Of a stretch of 64,000 nucleotides of DNA, positions 28,656-39,250 are shown piece by piece (within the stretch, counting starts at the first letter, position 1; the number at the start of each line of letters is the position of its first letter). Below the pieces are notes generated by a model. It saw only the letters and a list, made by a program, of their open reading frames with translations. It searched no databases and had not been told where the DNA came from. The stretch comes from Rikenellaceae bacterium (GTDB lineage: Bacteria > Bacteroidota > Bacteroidia > Bacteroidales > Rikenellaceae). Where the stretch lies: assembly GCA_047173765.1 (NCBI GenBank), contig JBCQUV010000002.1, positions 10,898-74,897 on the forward strand, written 5' to 3'. A program made the translations under genes and the position numbers.

Positions 28656-29636
28656 TTAGATAGAGAGAATCTTAACCAATTCCAACCCCTCTCGGTCGAG
28701 TTTGCGGTCGTCGTGTTTGATAGCTTTGTTGAATGGCACGAATACTATCTCGCTATTTTTCACTCCAATCATTACGTTGCGCTGACCAGCCACGAGTGCC
28801 TCGATAGCCTTTTCGCCCATGCGTGATGCTAGGATACGGTCTGTTGCTGTGGGCGAACCTCCACGCTGAATGTGACCAAGGATTGTCACACGTGCGTCAT
28901 ATTGAGGGTACTCCTTCTTGACACGCTCCGCAAGACCCATTGCACCACCTGTCGATGGGTTTTCGCACACGAGTACGATAGCGGAGTTTTTGCTTTTGCG
29001 GAATCCACTGTTGATAAGCTCTGCGAGTTGGTCTACCTCGGTCTCCATCTCGGGGACTATGGCAGCCTCTGCTCCCGAAGCTATAGCTCCATTGAGTGCG
29101 AGGTCTCCAGCGTGGCGACCCATAACCTCCACAAAGAATAGACGCTCGTGCGAAGATGCTGTGTCACGAAGTTTATCGACACACTCCATAATCGTGTTTA
29201 GAGCGGTGTCATATCCGATTGTCGAGTCCGTACCATTGAGGTCGTTGTCGATAGTTCCGGGGAGAGCCACGATAGGCACATTATGCTCCGACGCTAAGAG
29301 TTTTGCTCCAGTAATAGAGCCATCACCACCAATCACCACAAGGGCATCAATACCTGCTGCCTTCATATTCTCATACGCAATGGTACGTCCTTCGGGCTCA
29401 CGAAACTCCTTGCATCGAGCGGTTTTGAGGATTGTACCACCTTGTTGAATAATATTACTTACGCTTTTTGATGTTAGATCTATAATCTCGTTTGTCACGA
29501 GACCTTTGTACCCACGCATAACACCCTTTACTTCAAATCCATTATAGATTGCAGTACGGGTCACTGCACGAATTGCAGCATTCATTGCTGGCGAGTCTCC
29601 TCCCGATGTGAGGATACCGATACATTTGATTGACAT
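28656..29636 (-). CDS. pfkA: ATP-dependent 6-phosphofructokinase
   Basis: [33 protein letters not shown]. Confidence 0.97.
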   Translation of the reverse strand: MSIKCIGILTSGGDSPAMNAAIRAVTRTAIYNGFEVKGVMRGYKGLVTNEIIDLTSKSVSNIIQQGGTILKTARCKEFREPEGRTIAYENMKAAGIDALVVIGGDGSITGAKLLASEHNVPIVALPGTIDNDLNGTDSTIGYDTALNTIMECVDKLRDTASSHERLFFVEVMGRHAGDLALNGAIASGAEAAIVPEMETEVDQLAELINSGFRKSKNSAIVLVCENPSTGGAMGLAERVKKEYPQYDARVTILGHIQRGGSPTATDRILASRMGEKAIEALVAGQRNVMIGVKNSEIVFVPFNKAIKHDDRKLDREGLELVKILSI

Positions 29637-29773
29637 AACTTTAATATTTTTAAAAACTGCGTTTGTGCCAAAGGTAGGACTTTTTCACTAAACGACAAAA
29701 TAAAAGGCAATAAACTCTTATGTAAATATCATTTTTGTAGAAATATCACATCTGAAATCATCTTGTCATAGCT

Positions 29774-29940
29774 TAAGTAGTGTAAAACAATTATTGCCAT
29801 ATTTTTAAAAGCACTCTTGGAGCGATATTTTTCACTATTAAATCTCAATATAGAATAACTATATTTTCGATTCAATAGCAAAAAATCTCATCTCCAATAG
29901 CACTCTTAAAAACACACCAATAATTATTTTACCCTACTTA
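29774..29940 (-). mobile_element. 167-bp MITE, family A, copy 2
   Basis: Reverse complement of 4558-4724 with about 6 substitutions; TA at both ends. Confidence 0.9.
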
Positions 29941-30059
29941 ATTGCTTTAAATACTATCTTTTGGCAACCCTATTGCATTTGCATCAAAGTTTTATTATCT
30001 TTGTCGTATGTCACTCTGCGCAGGGTGATATGTTGAGAAATCATAAATGTGTATAGAAT

Positions 30060-31823
30060 ATGAATTTTTTTAAAATATTTTTTGCTGCATTTGTTGCAGT
30101 AATCCTAGCGGTGATATTTTGTGTGGTGGTTTTGATAGCTGGTGTGGTTGGGGCTGTGACCGCAAAGTTAAGCTCCTCGCAGAGTGTGGATTCGGAGTCG
30201 GTGTTGGTCATTGATTTGAACGAAACGATTGTCGATACTCCAGATGTGAGCCTGCTTTCGATGATTGATTTTTCGACCCTCTCGATTCAAACCCGAACCA
30301 CGACTTTGGATGCAATTCGTGCGATAGAGTGCGCATCGTCGGATGATAATATAAAGGGTATATATATTCGTCCACGCACGTATGGAGGGCAATCTTTAGC
30401 ACTCCTCGAAGAGCTGCGCAGTGAGATACGTAGGTTCAAGGAGAGCGGGAAATTTGTCGTGGCATACTCCGATTCATATTCGCAAGGGGGCTACTACCTA
30501 GCGTCTATTGCAGATAGCCTATATCTGCAACCCGAGGGATTAGTCATGTGGCAAGGTATGGCCGTGTCGTCGATGTTTTATAAGGGGTTGCTGGATAAAT
30601 TGGATGTAGATGTAGAGGTGTTTCGCCCATCGTCGTGTAGCTATAAATCTGCTGTTGAGCCATTTTTGCGCCGTAATATGTCGTCCGAAAGCAGAGAGCA
30701 GAGTGAGGCTTTGGTGGAGTCGATATGGGGTGGTGTTGTGGCGGATATTGCGGAGTCTAGGACTCTAACTACGTCACTACTAAACAAATCCGCCTCTGCA
30801 CTTAGTAGCTTTGTGGCTTCGGGTGCTGTAGCGTCAGGGTTGATAGATAGGTTGATGTACGAAGATGAGTTGGAGCAGGTGTTCGAGAGGTATGGCGTTG
30901 AACTAAACAAGAAGGGGCGTGCCAATAGGGTGTCGCTGAACTCATACGCTACAAACCAAAAGATTGTAGCCTCGACAATCACTCCGCCCAGCAGCAAAGT
31001 AGCGGTGGTGTATGCCGAAGGTACAATAGTAGATGGTACGGGCGAGATGGGCGAAATCGGAGGTGATGCCTTGGCTCGGGTGTTGCGCGAAGTTCGTGAG
31101 GATGAGGATATTAAATCTGTGGTGTTGCGTGTGAACTCTCCAGGCGGAAGTGCCTTGGCGTCGGATGTCATATGGAGGGAGATGACGCTTCTTCGCAAGC
31201 AGAAACCTGTGGTGGTATCTATGGGTGGCTATGCTGCGAGTGGAGGCTACTACATAAGTGCAGCTGCGGATGCTATTGTTGCCGACAAATTTACTATTAC
31301 AGGTTCGATAGGGGTCTATGGCGTGTTGTTCGATATCGAGAAGAGCCTATCTTCAAAGTTGGGCATAACCTCCGACACCGCAAAGAGCAACCCTTCGGCC
31401 GATTTCATGCGCAGTTCACGACCTATAACCTCCACAGAGCGACAGGTGATGATTCGCAGCGTAGATCAAGTGTACGACACATTTACATCCCACGTGAGCA
31501 CGGGGCGCAACCTGCCAATAGAGAAGGTGCGCGACATATCTCAAGGTCGAGTGTGGTCGGGCGAAGATGCTAGATTGTTGGGATTGGTGGATGGCATAGG
31601 GGGCATAAAGAGCGCAATCCTCATAGCTGCCGAGCGTGGCGGTGTGGCTGGGAATTTCGATATAGTCGAGAAAACTACCCTCTCAGACGACTTCACGTCT
31701 ATATTTGCACCTATAACATCGGCTTATGCTCCATGTAGCGAATATATGGAGGTGCTGAAGGGTCTATACCCCTTGAAATCCAAAAGTGGTGTGGTTATGT
31801 TTTCGCCATTGAGGGTGGAGTAG
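30060..31823 (+). CDS. sppA: Signal peptide peptidase SppA (67K type)
   Basis: Tandem S49 domains, YKSAVEPF, LRVNSPGGSA, AASGGYY, TGSIGV. Confidence 0.95.
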   Translation: MNFFKIFFAAFVAVILAVIFCVVVLIAGVVGAVTAKLSSSQSVDSESVLVIDLNETIVDTPDVSLLSMIDFSTLSIQTRTTTLDAIRAIECASSDDNIKGIYIRPRTYGGQSLALLEELRSEIRRFKESGKFVVAYSDSYSQGGYYLASIADSLYLQPEGLVMWQGMAVSSMFYKGLLDKLDVDVEVFRPSSCSYKSAVEPFLRRNMSSESREQSEALVESIWGGVVADIAESRTLTTSLLNKSASALSSFVASGAVASGLIDRLMYEDELEQVFERYGVELNKKGRANRVSLNSYATNQKIVASTITPPSSKVAVVYAEGTIVDGTGEMGEIGGDALARVLREVREDEDIKSVVLRVNSPGGSALASDVIWREMTLLRKQKPVVVSMGGYAASGGYYISAAADAIVADKFTITGSIGVYGVLFDIEKSLSSKLGITSDTAKSNPSADFMRSSRPITSTERQVMIRSVDQVYDTFTSHVSTGRNLPIEKVRDISQGRVWSGEDARLLGLVDGIGGIKSAILIAAERGGVAGNFDIVEKTTLSDDFTSIFAPITSAYAPCSEYMEVLKGLYPLKSKSGVVMFSPLRVE

Positions 31824-31841
31824 GCGTGGTTAAGGGGACTT

Positions 31842-32621
31842 CTAATATTTAAACCTTAGGGTTTCGGTGTCGAATGTGACACCTCCACGTGAGAAAAATT
31901 TTGATATATCGCCACTTGCGATTAGCTCCGCAGGGGTGCCCGAACGCATGCTCTCCCCCTTTTGGAGTAGCCATAGCCAGTCGCACATCTGTATGGCGGT
32001 GTCGAGGTCGTGAGTCGATAGCAAAATTGTCTTGCCCTGTTCGTGTGCCAATCGGCGTAGGAGCACCATCACCTCCACACGGCTTATGACATCTAGGAAC
32101 GCTGTGGGTTCATCCAGCACGATTATAGGGCATTGTTGCGCCAAAGCCTTGGCTATCATCGCCTTTTGGCGTTCGCCATCGCTTAATTCCGCCACATGAT
32201 TTTGAGCTTTGTGCGCAATGCCGACTGCCGACAATGACTCCTCAATAATTGCCCTATCATCTGCCGACAACTCCCCAAAGAATCCAGTGTAGGGGTACCT
32301 GCCCAGTGCCACAAGGTCATACACGGAGATGCCTCCTGCGGTACTCTTTTCGGTGAGCACAACCCCCACCAATTTAGAAATATCACTCTGTGCGTAGTCG
32401 CCTATATTGCGCCCCAAGAGTTTAATCTCGCCGCCCAACGATGGTTGGAATCCGCATAGCGTGCGCAGAAGTGTCGATTTTCCTGCGCCATTGAGCCCTA
32501 GTAGTGCTGTTACCTTGCCTGAGCATAGCTCCAAGTTGATATTGGTGTGCACCGCAAAGGTGGCACCTCGGCGTTGAGTGTAGCCGATATTTAGTCCCGA
32601 TGCTGATAGAGGTGCTTCCAT
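31842..32621 (-). CDS. btuD: ABC transporter ATPase, cobalamin/iron-chelate type (BtuD-like)
   Basis: GLNGAGKST, LSDGERQK, LDEPTAFLD; lies in B12 riboswitch locus. Confidence 0.82.
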   Translation of the reverse strand: MEAPLSASGLNIGYTQRRGATFAVHTNINLELCSGKVTALLGLNGAGKSTLLRTLCGFQPSLGGEIKLLGRNIGDYAQSDISKLVGVVLTEKSTAGGISVYDLVALGRYPYTGFFGELSADDRAIIEESLSAVGIAHKAQNHVAELSDGERQKAMIAKALAQQCPIIVLDEPTAFLDVISRVEVMVLLRRLAHEQGKTILLSTHDLDTAIQMCDWLWLLQKGESMRSGTPAELIASGDISKFFSRGGVTFDTETLRFKY

Positions 32622-33655
32622 TAGTTGAAGTATTGGATATTTTTGCGGTTAATAATAACATATATAATCACAGGTGCACCCAGCAGTGGCGTCACTGCAT
32701 TGAGCGGAAAGACTTGATTACTAAATGGCATCACTGTGAGCAGATTGCACAACAGAGCCATGCCACCACCCAAGAGTATAGTCACAGGGAGCAGAAGCTG
32801 GTGATTGGATGTGCGCAGAGCCAGCCGTGCGATATGTGGCACAGCTAGTCCAATGAATGATATAGGACCACAAAAAGCTGTTGCCGCAGCGGTCAATACG
32901 CCTGTGCATAGCAGAATTAAAATTCGTGTGGTTTTGATTTTCACGCCCAAATTCGCAGCATATTTTTCGCCCAACAGCAGTGCGTTTAGTGGCTTAATGA
33001 GCAACAGCGACCCCATGAGCCCCACGATAGTAAGCCCCACGAAGTATGGCAACTTAGCCATTGACACCCCAGCAAAATCGCCCATGCCCCACATCACAAA
33101 CGCATGCACCTTGTCCGACGAGGCTTGGAAATTGAGCACCGATATAAACGACGACACAATATACCCCACCATGATACCCACAATGAGCAACATGGTGTTG
33201 CTATTAACTCGTGCCGAGAACCAAATAATCACCGCCATAACCGCACCTGCACCCACCACGGCAGCTAATATCACCGCCATATATCCCCCAAACTCAATGG
33301 CATATCCACCCATCGAGAGCATCACAATCGCCACACCTAGGTTCGCACCATTGCTAATACCCAAAATCGAGGGTCCAGCCAGCGGATTGCGAAACAGCGT
33401 CTGCAACATAAGTCCACTCACCGCCAAGGCTCCACCCGTGAGCAGTGCTGTGATAGCTTGCGGAAGTCTCGATTCACGAACTATATGCACCCACGCGCGC
33501 TTTACTTCGACCCCCTCTGCACCCATGAGGATTTGCCACACCGTGCGCAGCGGAATATCGACCGCTCCGTATGTGAGGTTCAAAAAAAATAATATACACA
33601 ACCCTGTAATTAGGGTCGTGTATATTACACTATATAGTTTGGTTGATTGGGACAT
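32621..33655 (-). CDS. btuC: FecCD-family permease (BtuC-like)
   Basis: SRLPQ, QTLFRNPLAGP, GPISFIGLAVPH; start at ATG 33655. Confidence 0.85.
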   Translation of the reverse strand: MSQSTKLYSVIYTTLITGLCILFFLNLTYGAVDIPLRTVWQILMGAEGVEVKRAWVHIVRESRLPQAITALLTGGALAVSGLMLQTLFRNPLAGPSILGISNGANLGVAIVMLSMGGYAIEFGGYMAVILAAVVGAGAVMAVIIWFSARVNSNTMLLIVGIMVGYIVSSFISVLNFQASSDKVHAFVMWGMGDFAGVSMAKLPYFVGLTIVGLMGSLLLIKPLNALLLGEKYAANLGVKIKTTRILILLCTGVLTAAATAFCGPISFIGLAVPHIARLALRTSNHQLLLPVTILLGGGMALLCNLLTVMPFSNQVFPLNAVTPLLGAPVIIYVIINRKNIQYFN

Positions 33656-33681
33656 ATTACAAATATACACATTTTTTGCAA

Positions 33682-34563
33682 CTACTCCGCCATAACACTC
33701 GAAGAATATATCTCCGTGCCAAGAATATGCAAATCCTCTGCGCCAGCCACCTCCGTAGATACTTCGCCCAGTGTGCCAGCTACTTGGCGTTGCGAATTGT
33801 AAACCTTCACGAAATCTATGGACTCCAAATTTGCAGGGTTGCCTTGAGAGTCCACTGCCCATCCGATGTCGATAGCTGAGCGGTCTGAAGAGTTAGTTTG
33901 GTTATCGACATATCCGTAGCTTAGAGCCGTGGCACTCCAGTATGAGTCATCCTCGGTGTATATATCCGCTAGGCGAGTGCCCGTGAATGTGAGCTCTGAG
34001 TCGGATATCCACCCTGGGAATTTTGCTGTCACGGTGCCGCTATCTCCCTCGCTATCACTCCATGCTATGGAGGTTGTGCCGTCGCTAATGTATGTGATTG
34101 AGTAGGGTGCAATCGTAGAGTCGTTGTCGTGGTCGCTACCCTTGATTTCGTACCATGTGTCGTCGGGTATGCCATTGGCGTTGTCGTCGCGCGACACCAT
34201 CACGATGCCTGGCTCGTGGCTATTATCGAATGCGTTGCCATATATGCGCAGGTCGCACAAACCATCTCGGTTAATAACAGATTGCTCGAACCCAAACACC
34301 ACATATCCGCCAAAGCCACCTAGCGAAATCATTGTGCCCGACCCTGTGCCTGCAAATCCAGCCTCGATTTTTGCTAGGATATCCTCCTTGCTCTCACCTT
34401 CGGTGTATGCAGGCAGAGTATTTACGTATTGCCCAGGGGCTGGCTGAAAATCGTATACCTTGGCTATGTAGGGGTTTTCGACATTATCTCCTCCATTTTC
34501 GCTATCCTCTGCGCACGAGATGATAGCGAAAATAGAGATAAGGGGGATTAAGACTCTACGCAT
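33682..34563 (-). CDS. Surface lipoprotein resembling the B12-binding domain of BtuH
   Basis: Lipobox IIS-C plus AEDSE; DFQPAPGQYVN, ISLGGFGGYVVFGF, EPGIVMVSRD.N.NG.PDD.WYE, LGEVSTE. Confidence 0.72.
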   Translation of the reverse strand: MRRVLIPLISIFAIISCAEDSENGGDNVENPYIAKVYDFQPAPGQYVNTLPAYTEGESKEDILAKIEAGFAGTGSGTMISLGGFGGYVVFGFEQSVINRDGLCDLRIYGNAFDNSHEPGIVMVSRDDNANGIPDDTWYEIKGSDHDNDSTIAPYSITYISDGTTSIAWSDSEGDSGTVTAKFPGWISDSELTFTGTRLADIYTEDDSYWSATALSYGYVDNQTNSSDRSAIDIGWAVDSQGNPANLESIDFVKVYNSQRQVAGTLGEVSTEVAGAEDLHILGTEIYSSSVMAE

Positions 34564-34569
34564 GGTATA

Positions 34570-35364
34570 CTACTCCTCGTCAGACTTTACTACTGCGATG
34601 TTGTCGATAGCTACGTATCCAGGGACTGCATTTGTGCCTCCATAGGTAACGTTACTATCACACACGACAGTAATCTTAGATACTGCACCAAGAGATGCAA
34701 GAGATACTCTCTTCCAACCCATCTCGCACACGCCTTTCTCAGCCATATATGCCACTACACTATCCGTCTTATTATCATCAGCATCATAACCTGTAAATGT
34801 AACTTTAAAGTAATCTGTGTCGCTAATTCCTCCTACTGGAACATAAGTTCCATCACCATAGATAGCACTATTAAGCATATATGATGTGTTAGCGAGGTAA
34901 AGGTGGTCGATAGTTCTTGCTCCGTTGTCAAATGTTAGAGCGGCTTTCTCGCCTCCATAATAAACAGTACTTTGGTCACTATAAACAACTACGAAGTTGT
35001 TAGAACCATTGTATCCTCCAATCGGTACTGCAAGTTGAACATAATATGAATCAGCACCATCAATATCATCCGTATAATTTGATACAGCCGAGCCGCCTGC
35101 CCAGAAAGCATAAGTATAAATTCCATAACTATTAGTGTTGATACTACCCGAAAGAGCTGTTACGGAATCGCTCCAACTCTCTTGTACGTTGCCGTAAAGA
35201 GGCTCTCCCTCCGATTGCGACGATGGAATCAAAGCATTCCACTCACTACCCTCAAATGTGATAACATCATAGTTTGACATGCCATCATTCTCCTCAGAGT
35301 TCTCACTACACGATACCATCGCTACTACTGCGAGCGCAAATGCCCAAATTGTAATTTTTTTCAT
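34570..35364 (-). CDS. DUF4465-type surface lipoprotein (BtuJ-like B12 binding)
   Basis: Lipobox MVS-C plus SENSEE; W.GG.AVSN, LYLANTSY, FKVTFTGYD, W..VSLASLG, PGYVAIDN. Confidence 0.72.
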   Translation of the reverse strand: MKKITIWAFALAVVAMVSCSENSEENDGMSNYDVITFEGSEWNALIPSSQSEGEPLYGNVQESWSDSVTALSGSINTNSYGIYTYAFWAGGSAVSNYTDDIDGADSYYVQLAVPIGGYNGSNNFVVVYSDQSTVYYGGEKAALTFDNGARTIDHLYLANTSYMLNSAIYGDGTYVPVGGISDTDYFKVTFTGYDADDNKTDSVVAYMAEKGVCEMGWKRVSLASLGAVSKITVVCDSNVTYGGTNAVPGYVAIDNIAVVKSDEE

Positions 35365-35403
35365 TGTTTTTGTTTTGTTTAAAATTGTTTGTTATTAAAT
35401 AAG

Positions 35404-36528
35404 TTATCTATTCCTAAATATCATCTTGGCGGGTATATCCCCCGTGGTTACCGACCATTGCAGCTCTCCTGCGGGAGAGTAGCAGTGCAGCGTGCCTGGC
35501 ACTACAAACCCTTTGGCATCGGTGATGTATATATCCTCGGTTTCGGGGTTTATGGCTATGGCGTAGGGTTGCGATATGTTGGCATCCGACCCGTCGGTGA
35601 TTATCGAGCGTGAGGCAATACTCTCTGTGGGGGTGTACACCACAGCCCAACTTATGGTGTACTCCAGTGTAATGTAACTATACTCCGAACTAATTATATA
35701 TAAGTACTCGCCACTCACAGTCATCGAGCTGCTCGCTACATCCAACTCGCTTATAACCAACTCCGTCGTAGGATTGACTCTGTATATCTTGGATGAGTTG
35801 TCTGCGTAATCTCCACGTGACGAGACCCATAGCATCCCCTCCGAATCCTCAACTATCTGGTGCAGATTTATCGCTACCTCTATCTCGCTCACCACTTCGA
35901 ACGAGTTGAGGTCAATCACCATAACCCTATTGTCGTATGTCGGAGCACCATTAGAGGCGTACTTCACGGAGGTGGTGACATACAATTTATCGCCCTGAAC
36001 CACCATCTGCTCGGGTTGGTAACCGGCTTGACATCTATCCACTATCGTTAAACTACTAAGCTCAACCTTATAAATATCTCCGCACCCCGAATCATCCGAG
36101 CTTTGGTATGACGACACATAGGCGTAGTCGCCTCTAAAAACAATATATCGGCAATCGGGCACCGCCACTTCGCCCACATGCGTAGCATCGTCAAGCGACA
36201 TCACCTCCACCAAATTCGAGCAGTTGATTACCGCATACAACCTATCATTGTAAGCCTGCAAATCATTACCCACATCGCCCAACTCTTTGATTACGGTTGG
36301 ATTACGCTCTGCAAATATATTTTTGTGGTACTTGCCCGTAGTTATATCAAAGTAATCGAGCGTCGCCTTGTTCGAACCCATATTCCCCTCGTTAAGCAGA
36401 TACATGCCACCCACCTCGCCCACGTATGGGTCGGTTACGGTGGTGGTGGTCGAGGTGGTTACATAATCATCCTCCACGCGGCAAGCTAGGGTTAGCAGCG
36501 CAACCATTATATATATTATCCTCTTCAT
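35404..36528 (-). CDS. btuG: Beta-propeller surface lipoprotein (BtuG-like, YncE family)
   Basis: Start MKRII at 36528, lipobox TLA-C; LLNEGNMGSN.ATLDY, LGDVGND, IYITDAK, TGDIP. Confidence 0.78.
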   Translation of the reverse strand: MKRIIYIMVALLTLACRVEDDYVTTSTTTTVTDPYVGEVGGMYLLNEGNMGSNKATLDYFDITTGKYHKNIFAERNPTVIKELGDVGNDLQAYNDRLYAVINCSNLVEVMSLDDATHVGEVAVPDCRYIVFRGDYAYVSSYQSSDDSGCGDIYKVELSSLTIVDRCQAGYQPEQMVVQGDKLYVTTSVKYASNGAPTYDNRVMVIDLNSFEVVSEIEVAINLHQIVEDSEGMLWVSSRGDYADNSSKIYRVNPTTELVISELDVASSSMTVSGEYLYIISSEYSYITLEYTISWAVVYTPTESIASRSIITDGSDANISQPYAIAINPETEDIYITDAKGFVVPGTLHCYSPAGELQWSVTTGDIPAKMIFRNR

Positions 36529-36530
36529 CC

Positions 36531-38513
36531 TTAAATCGTTACATTTATTGTAAATTTCACATTCACCCCAGGCATTGGGTAGCAATCCACCACTTCGTAC
36601 TGTTGGTTGAATATGTTGTTTACCTCGGCAGCCACTCTCATGGCGCATCGCTTGAAATCGAACGCCTTGGCGAGTGACACATCGTGTGTATACCATGGTT
36701 GAGCGTAATTTTCGGGGATATTTGCCTGCATTTCGTATCTCTCGCCAGTGTATATAAAGCTGTAGTTCATCTCCCACTTGCCGAGTGTTGCGCCCAACAC
36801 TACCGAGCCGCTGTGCCATGGTATGTAGGGGATTTGGTCGCCATAGTATGTGTCCGTTGGGTCGGTGAAATCCTGCGCACGTTGAAAAGTGTAGTTTAGG
36901 CGTGTGGTGAGTCCGACCTTCGACACCTGCCACTCCACACCTCCTGCGACATCTACGCCTCTGATTTCGCACTGCCCCAAGTTGAGCATTGTCCATCTAA
37001 ATTGGTTGGATGTGGGCATAGCTACGATTTTATTCTCCACCTCGTTGTAGTAGGCGTCAGCTTGTATGTTTAGGGTTTTAAGACTATTGGAGTTGAACCC
37101 CTTGGTGTAGGCTACACCTATGTTATATTGATTTGTGTATTCGGGTTTGAGCGATGTGTTGCCCACGAAGCTGTAATAGAGGTCGTTGAATGTTGGCATG
37201 CGAAATATTCGCTTGTAGAAAGCCCTAATATCCAGCTCAATATCCGCAAATGGTCTATACGAAACAATCGCCGTAGGACTCCACTCACTCTTATCCTCTG
37301 CCGCCTCCGCTACGCTGCTGGTGCTCTCCGCCACAAATGTGTACAACACACTCGCTTGCATCTTTACTCTGCCCACCGACACCGATGTTGCCGCTGCCGC
37401 CAAGAGTGTCGAGCGTCGTGGATATGCGAAGTCGTAGCTATTGGCATCCAAGTAGTTGTATAGGTAATCCACCGACAGATTAGCACTCCACCAATCATAA
37501 ATTTTGAATTGGTTAGCCACCGACACATACCCCTCCTGCTGCCAATACCTATTATCGTATCCCGAATCTGTACCCACATATCGCAGATAGTCATGCGCAT
37601 ATTTTCCGCTAACTAACACACTGTAAAATGGCGAAATACTCTTGCGCAGAGAGCCCTGCACAAACAGATTTTCGTCCCACTGTCTATCCGCATTTTCGAA
37701 TGTTCCAGGCACCGAACGCACATATGCCCCAGGATATCCACGCTCCGAATTGTAGTAATATATTTTGGTGCGCCACTCTCCGCTACTAATCTTGCCAAAT
37801 AATCCGCCCTCGACCCTAAAAGCCTCCACATCACCATTTTGGCGTGTGTCGCTCACTGTGTATCCATCCTCCTTTTGGTATGTGAATTTGTACTTACCCG
37901 ATGTGCGCATATACTCCGCATTTAGCGATGACGACACGTTGTCGGAGAGTTTTTGTTCGTATAACACAGAGGGGTTTATGAGGTCGAACGACCCAGTTTT
38001 GAATGTGCCTTTGAGGTTGTAATTTTTCTCCTCGTCGAATGTCGGGCGACGAGCCTGCATATAGACAGACCCTGCCGATGCAAAATCCTTGGCTGGCTGA
38101 AATATCGAACTTTTATGACCATTGTACAACTCCACAGCCTCCATATTGTCCAACGAGAAACGCCCCAAATCAACCGTGCCATTTTGAGCATTACCAATCT
38201 CTACACCGTCGTAGAACACACCCACATGCTGCGAACCCATACTTCTGATATTCACAGTTTTGAGCCCCCCGATACCACCATAATCCTTAATCTGCACCCC
38301 CGAGAAATATCGTATAGCATCCGCCACCGAATGCACACTAAGCCTATCCAACTCCGCAGCCGAAAGTCTCTGCGAGGGTATGACATTGGGCAGATTCTTA
38401 CGTGCACTAAAAACCACCTCATCGAAGCTCAAATTATAAGCCACAGAGTCCCTGCCAAGACCATAGAGGTCGCAGCAAACAAAGAGCAATAATAGGGGTA
38501 AAAAACCTCTCAT
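36531..38513 (-). CDS. btuB: TonB-dependent receptor, BtuB-like
   Basis: Plug motif GVQIKDYGGIGGLKTVNIRS, FRMPTFNDLY, NNIFN..YE....YPMPG; downstream of cobalamin riboswitch. Confidence 0.85.
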   Translation of the reverse strand: MRGFLPLLLLFVCCDLYGLGRDSVAYNLSFDEVVFSARKNLPNVIPSQRLSAAELDRLSVHSVADAIRYFSGVQIKDYGGIGGLKTVNIRSMGSQHVGVFYDGVEIGNAQNGTVDLGRFSLDNMEAVELYNGHKSSIFQPAKDFASAGSVYMQARRPTFDEEKNYNLKGTFKTGSFDLINPSVLYEQKLSDNVSSSLNAEYMRTSGKYKFTYQKEDGYTVSDTRQNGDVEAFRVEGGLFGKISSGEWRTKIYYYNSERGYPGAYVRSVPGTFENADRQWDENLFVQGSLRKSISPFYSVLVSGKYAHDYLRYVGTDSGYDNRYWQQEGYVSVANQFKIYDWWSANLSVDYLYNYLDANSYDFAYPRRSTLLAAAATSVSVGRVKMQASVLYTFVAESTSSVAEAAEDKSEWSPTAIVSYRPFADIELDIRAFYKRIFRMPTFNDLYYSFVGNTSLKPEYTNQYNIGVAYTKGFNSNSLKTLNIQADAYYNEVENKIVAMPTSNQFRWTMLNLGQCEIRGVDVAGGVEWQVSKVGLTTRLNYTFQRAQDFTDPTDTYYGDQIPYIPWHSGSVVLGATLGKWEMNYSFIYTGERYEMQANIPENYAQPWYTHDVSLAKAFDFKRCAMRVAAEVNNIFNQQYEVVDCYPMPGVNVKFTINVTI

Positions 38514-38649
38514 CCGAGCGCAAAAAAAGTGTTGTTACGCCAAATATGCAGGGGTAAGAAGTTGAGAGATGGGAGCACAGCATAGCACTCCAAAGCCAAA
38601 GACTTAATCCAGATTTATTCGCCGTAAATTCTAAATTATAAGTGTCGGT

Positions 38650-38842
38650 AGAGGCAGGTCTTCTGACTTATTTTCTTCACTCAACAACCCTTCCCAAATC
38701 GCTTCAGTGGCTATTTTGTTGAGCTTCGTACCCCCAAAATGAGGCACACGAAAAATTACAGCAGCGGGAACTGTGGTCGAATTTCACGACCTTCCCATTT
38801 AATTCTTAATTGCTTAACGCAACCTAAGAAACCTAAACCGCT
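38650..38842 (-). promoter_or_regulatory. Cobalamin riboswitch
   Basis: Minus strand AGGTTT...TTAAATGGGAA-GGTCGTGAAATTCGACC-ACAGTTCCCGCTGCTGTAA...GCCACTG...GGGAAGG...AAGTCAGAAGACCTGCC (B12 box); -7 promoter TAAGTTTG at 38844-38851. Confidence 0.95.
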
Positions 38843-38888
38843 GCAAACTTACATAAAATTTCTGGAATTATAAGCGTGTGAGATAAAA

Positions 38889-38950
38889 ATATTTTACCCC
38901 ACCCCCAAACCCTCTCCCCTTGGGAGTGGACTTTGTCGCTGACGCTCCGA
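38889..38950 (+). repeat. C-rich REP-like repeat, family E, copy 1
   Basis: ATATTTTACCCCACCCCCAAACCCTCTCCC..GGGAGTGG..GTCGCT..CGCTCCGA also at 61628-61759, partial at 8954-8972. Confidence 0.7.
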
Positions 38951-38981
38951 AAGAGGTAAATTCGATGAATCGAATTTTATT

Positions 38982-39148
38982 TAAGTAGGGTAAAATAATT
39001 ATTGGTGTGTTTTTAAGAGTGCTATTGGAGATGAGATTTTTTGCTATTGAATTGAAAATATAGTGGTTCTATACTGAAATTTAATAGTGAAAAATATCGC
39101 TCCAAGAGTGCTTTTAAAAATATGACAATAATTGTTTTACACTACTTA
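38982..39148 (+). mobile_element. 167-bp MITE, family A, copy 3
   Basis: Identical to 4558-4724 by eye; different flanks; TA at both ends. Confidence 0.9.
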
Positions 39149-39250
39149 TAGATGATAAGGTATATAATTTTTGTGAAAAATATACAACGTAGCCCTAAAA
39201 ACTCCCAATTATTTTATACCTTTGTTCGTTATACGTTATATATAAAATTT

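Noticed and set aside
32805-33695. 296-aa antisense ORF and other long antisense ORFs (e.g. 21249-22025, 48700-49320)
   Set aside because: Shadows of well-supported genes on the opposite strand with no recognisable motifs
36529-36996. Long upstream extensions of btuG, btuC (to 33862), thrA (to 13194), DUF349 (to 55641) and purE (from 63300)
   Set aside because: They overlap neighbouring genes or regulatory DNA; signal peptides or family N-termini start at downstream ATGs
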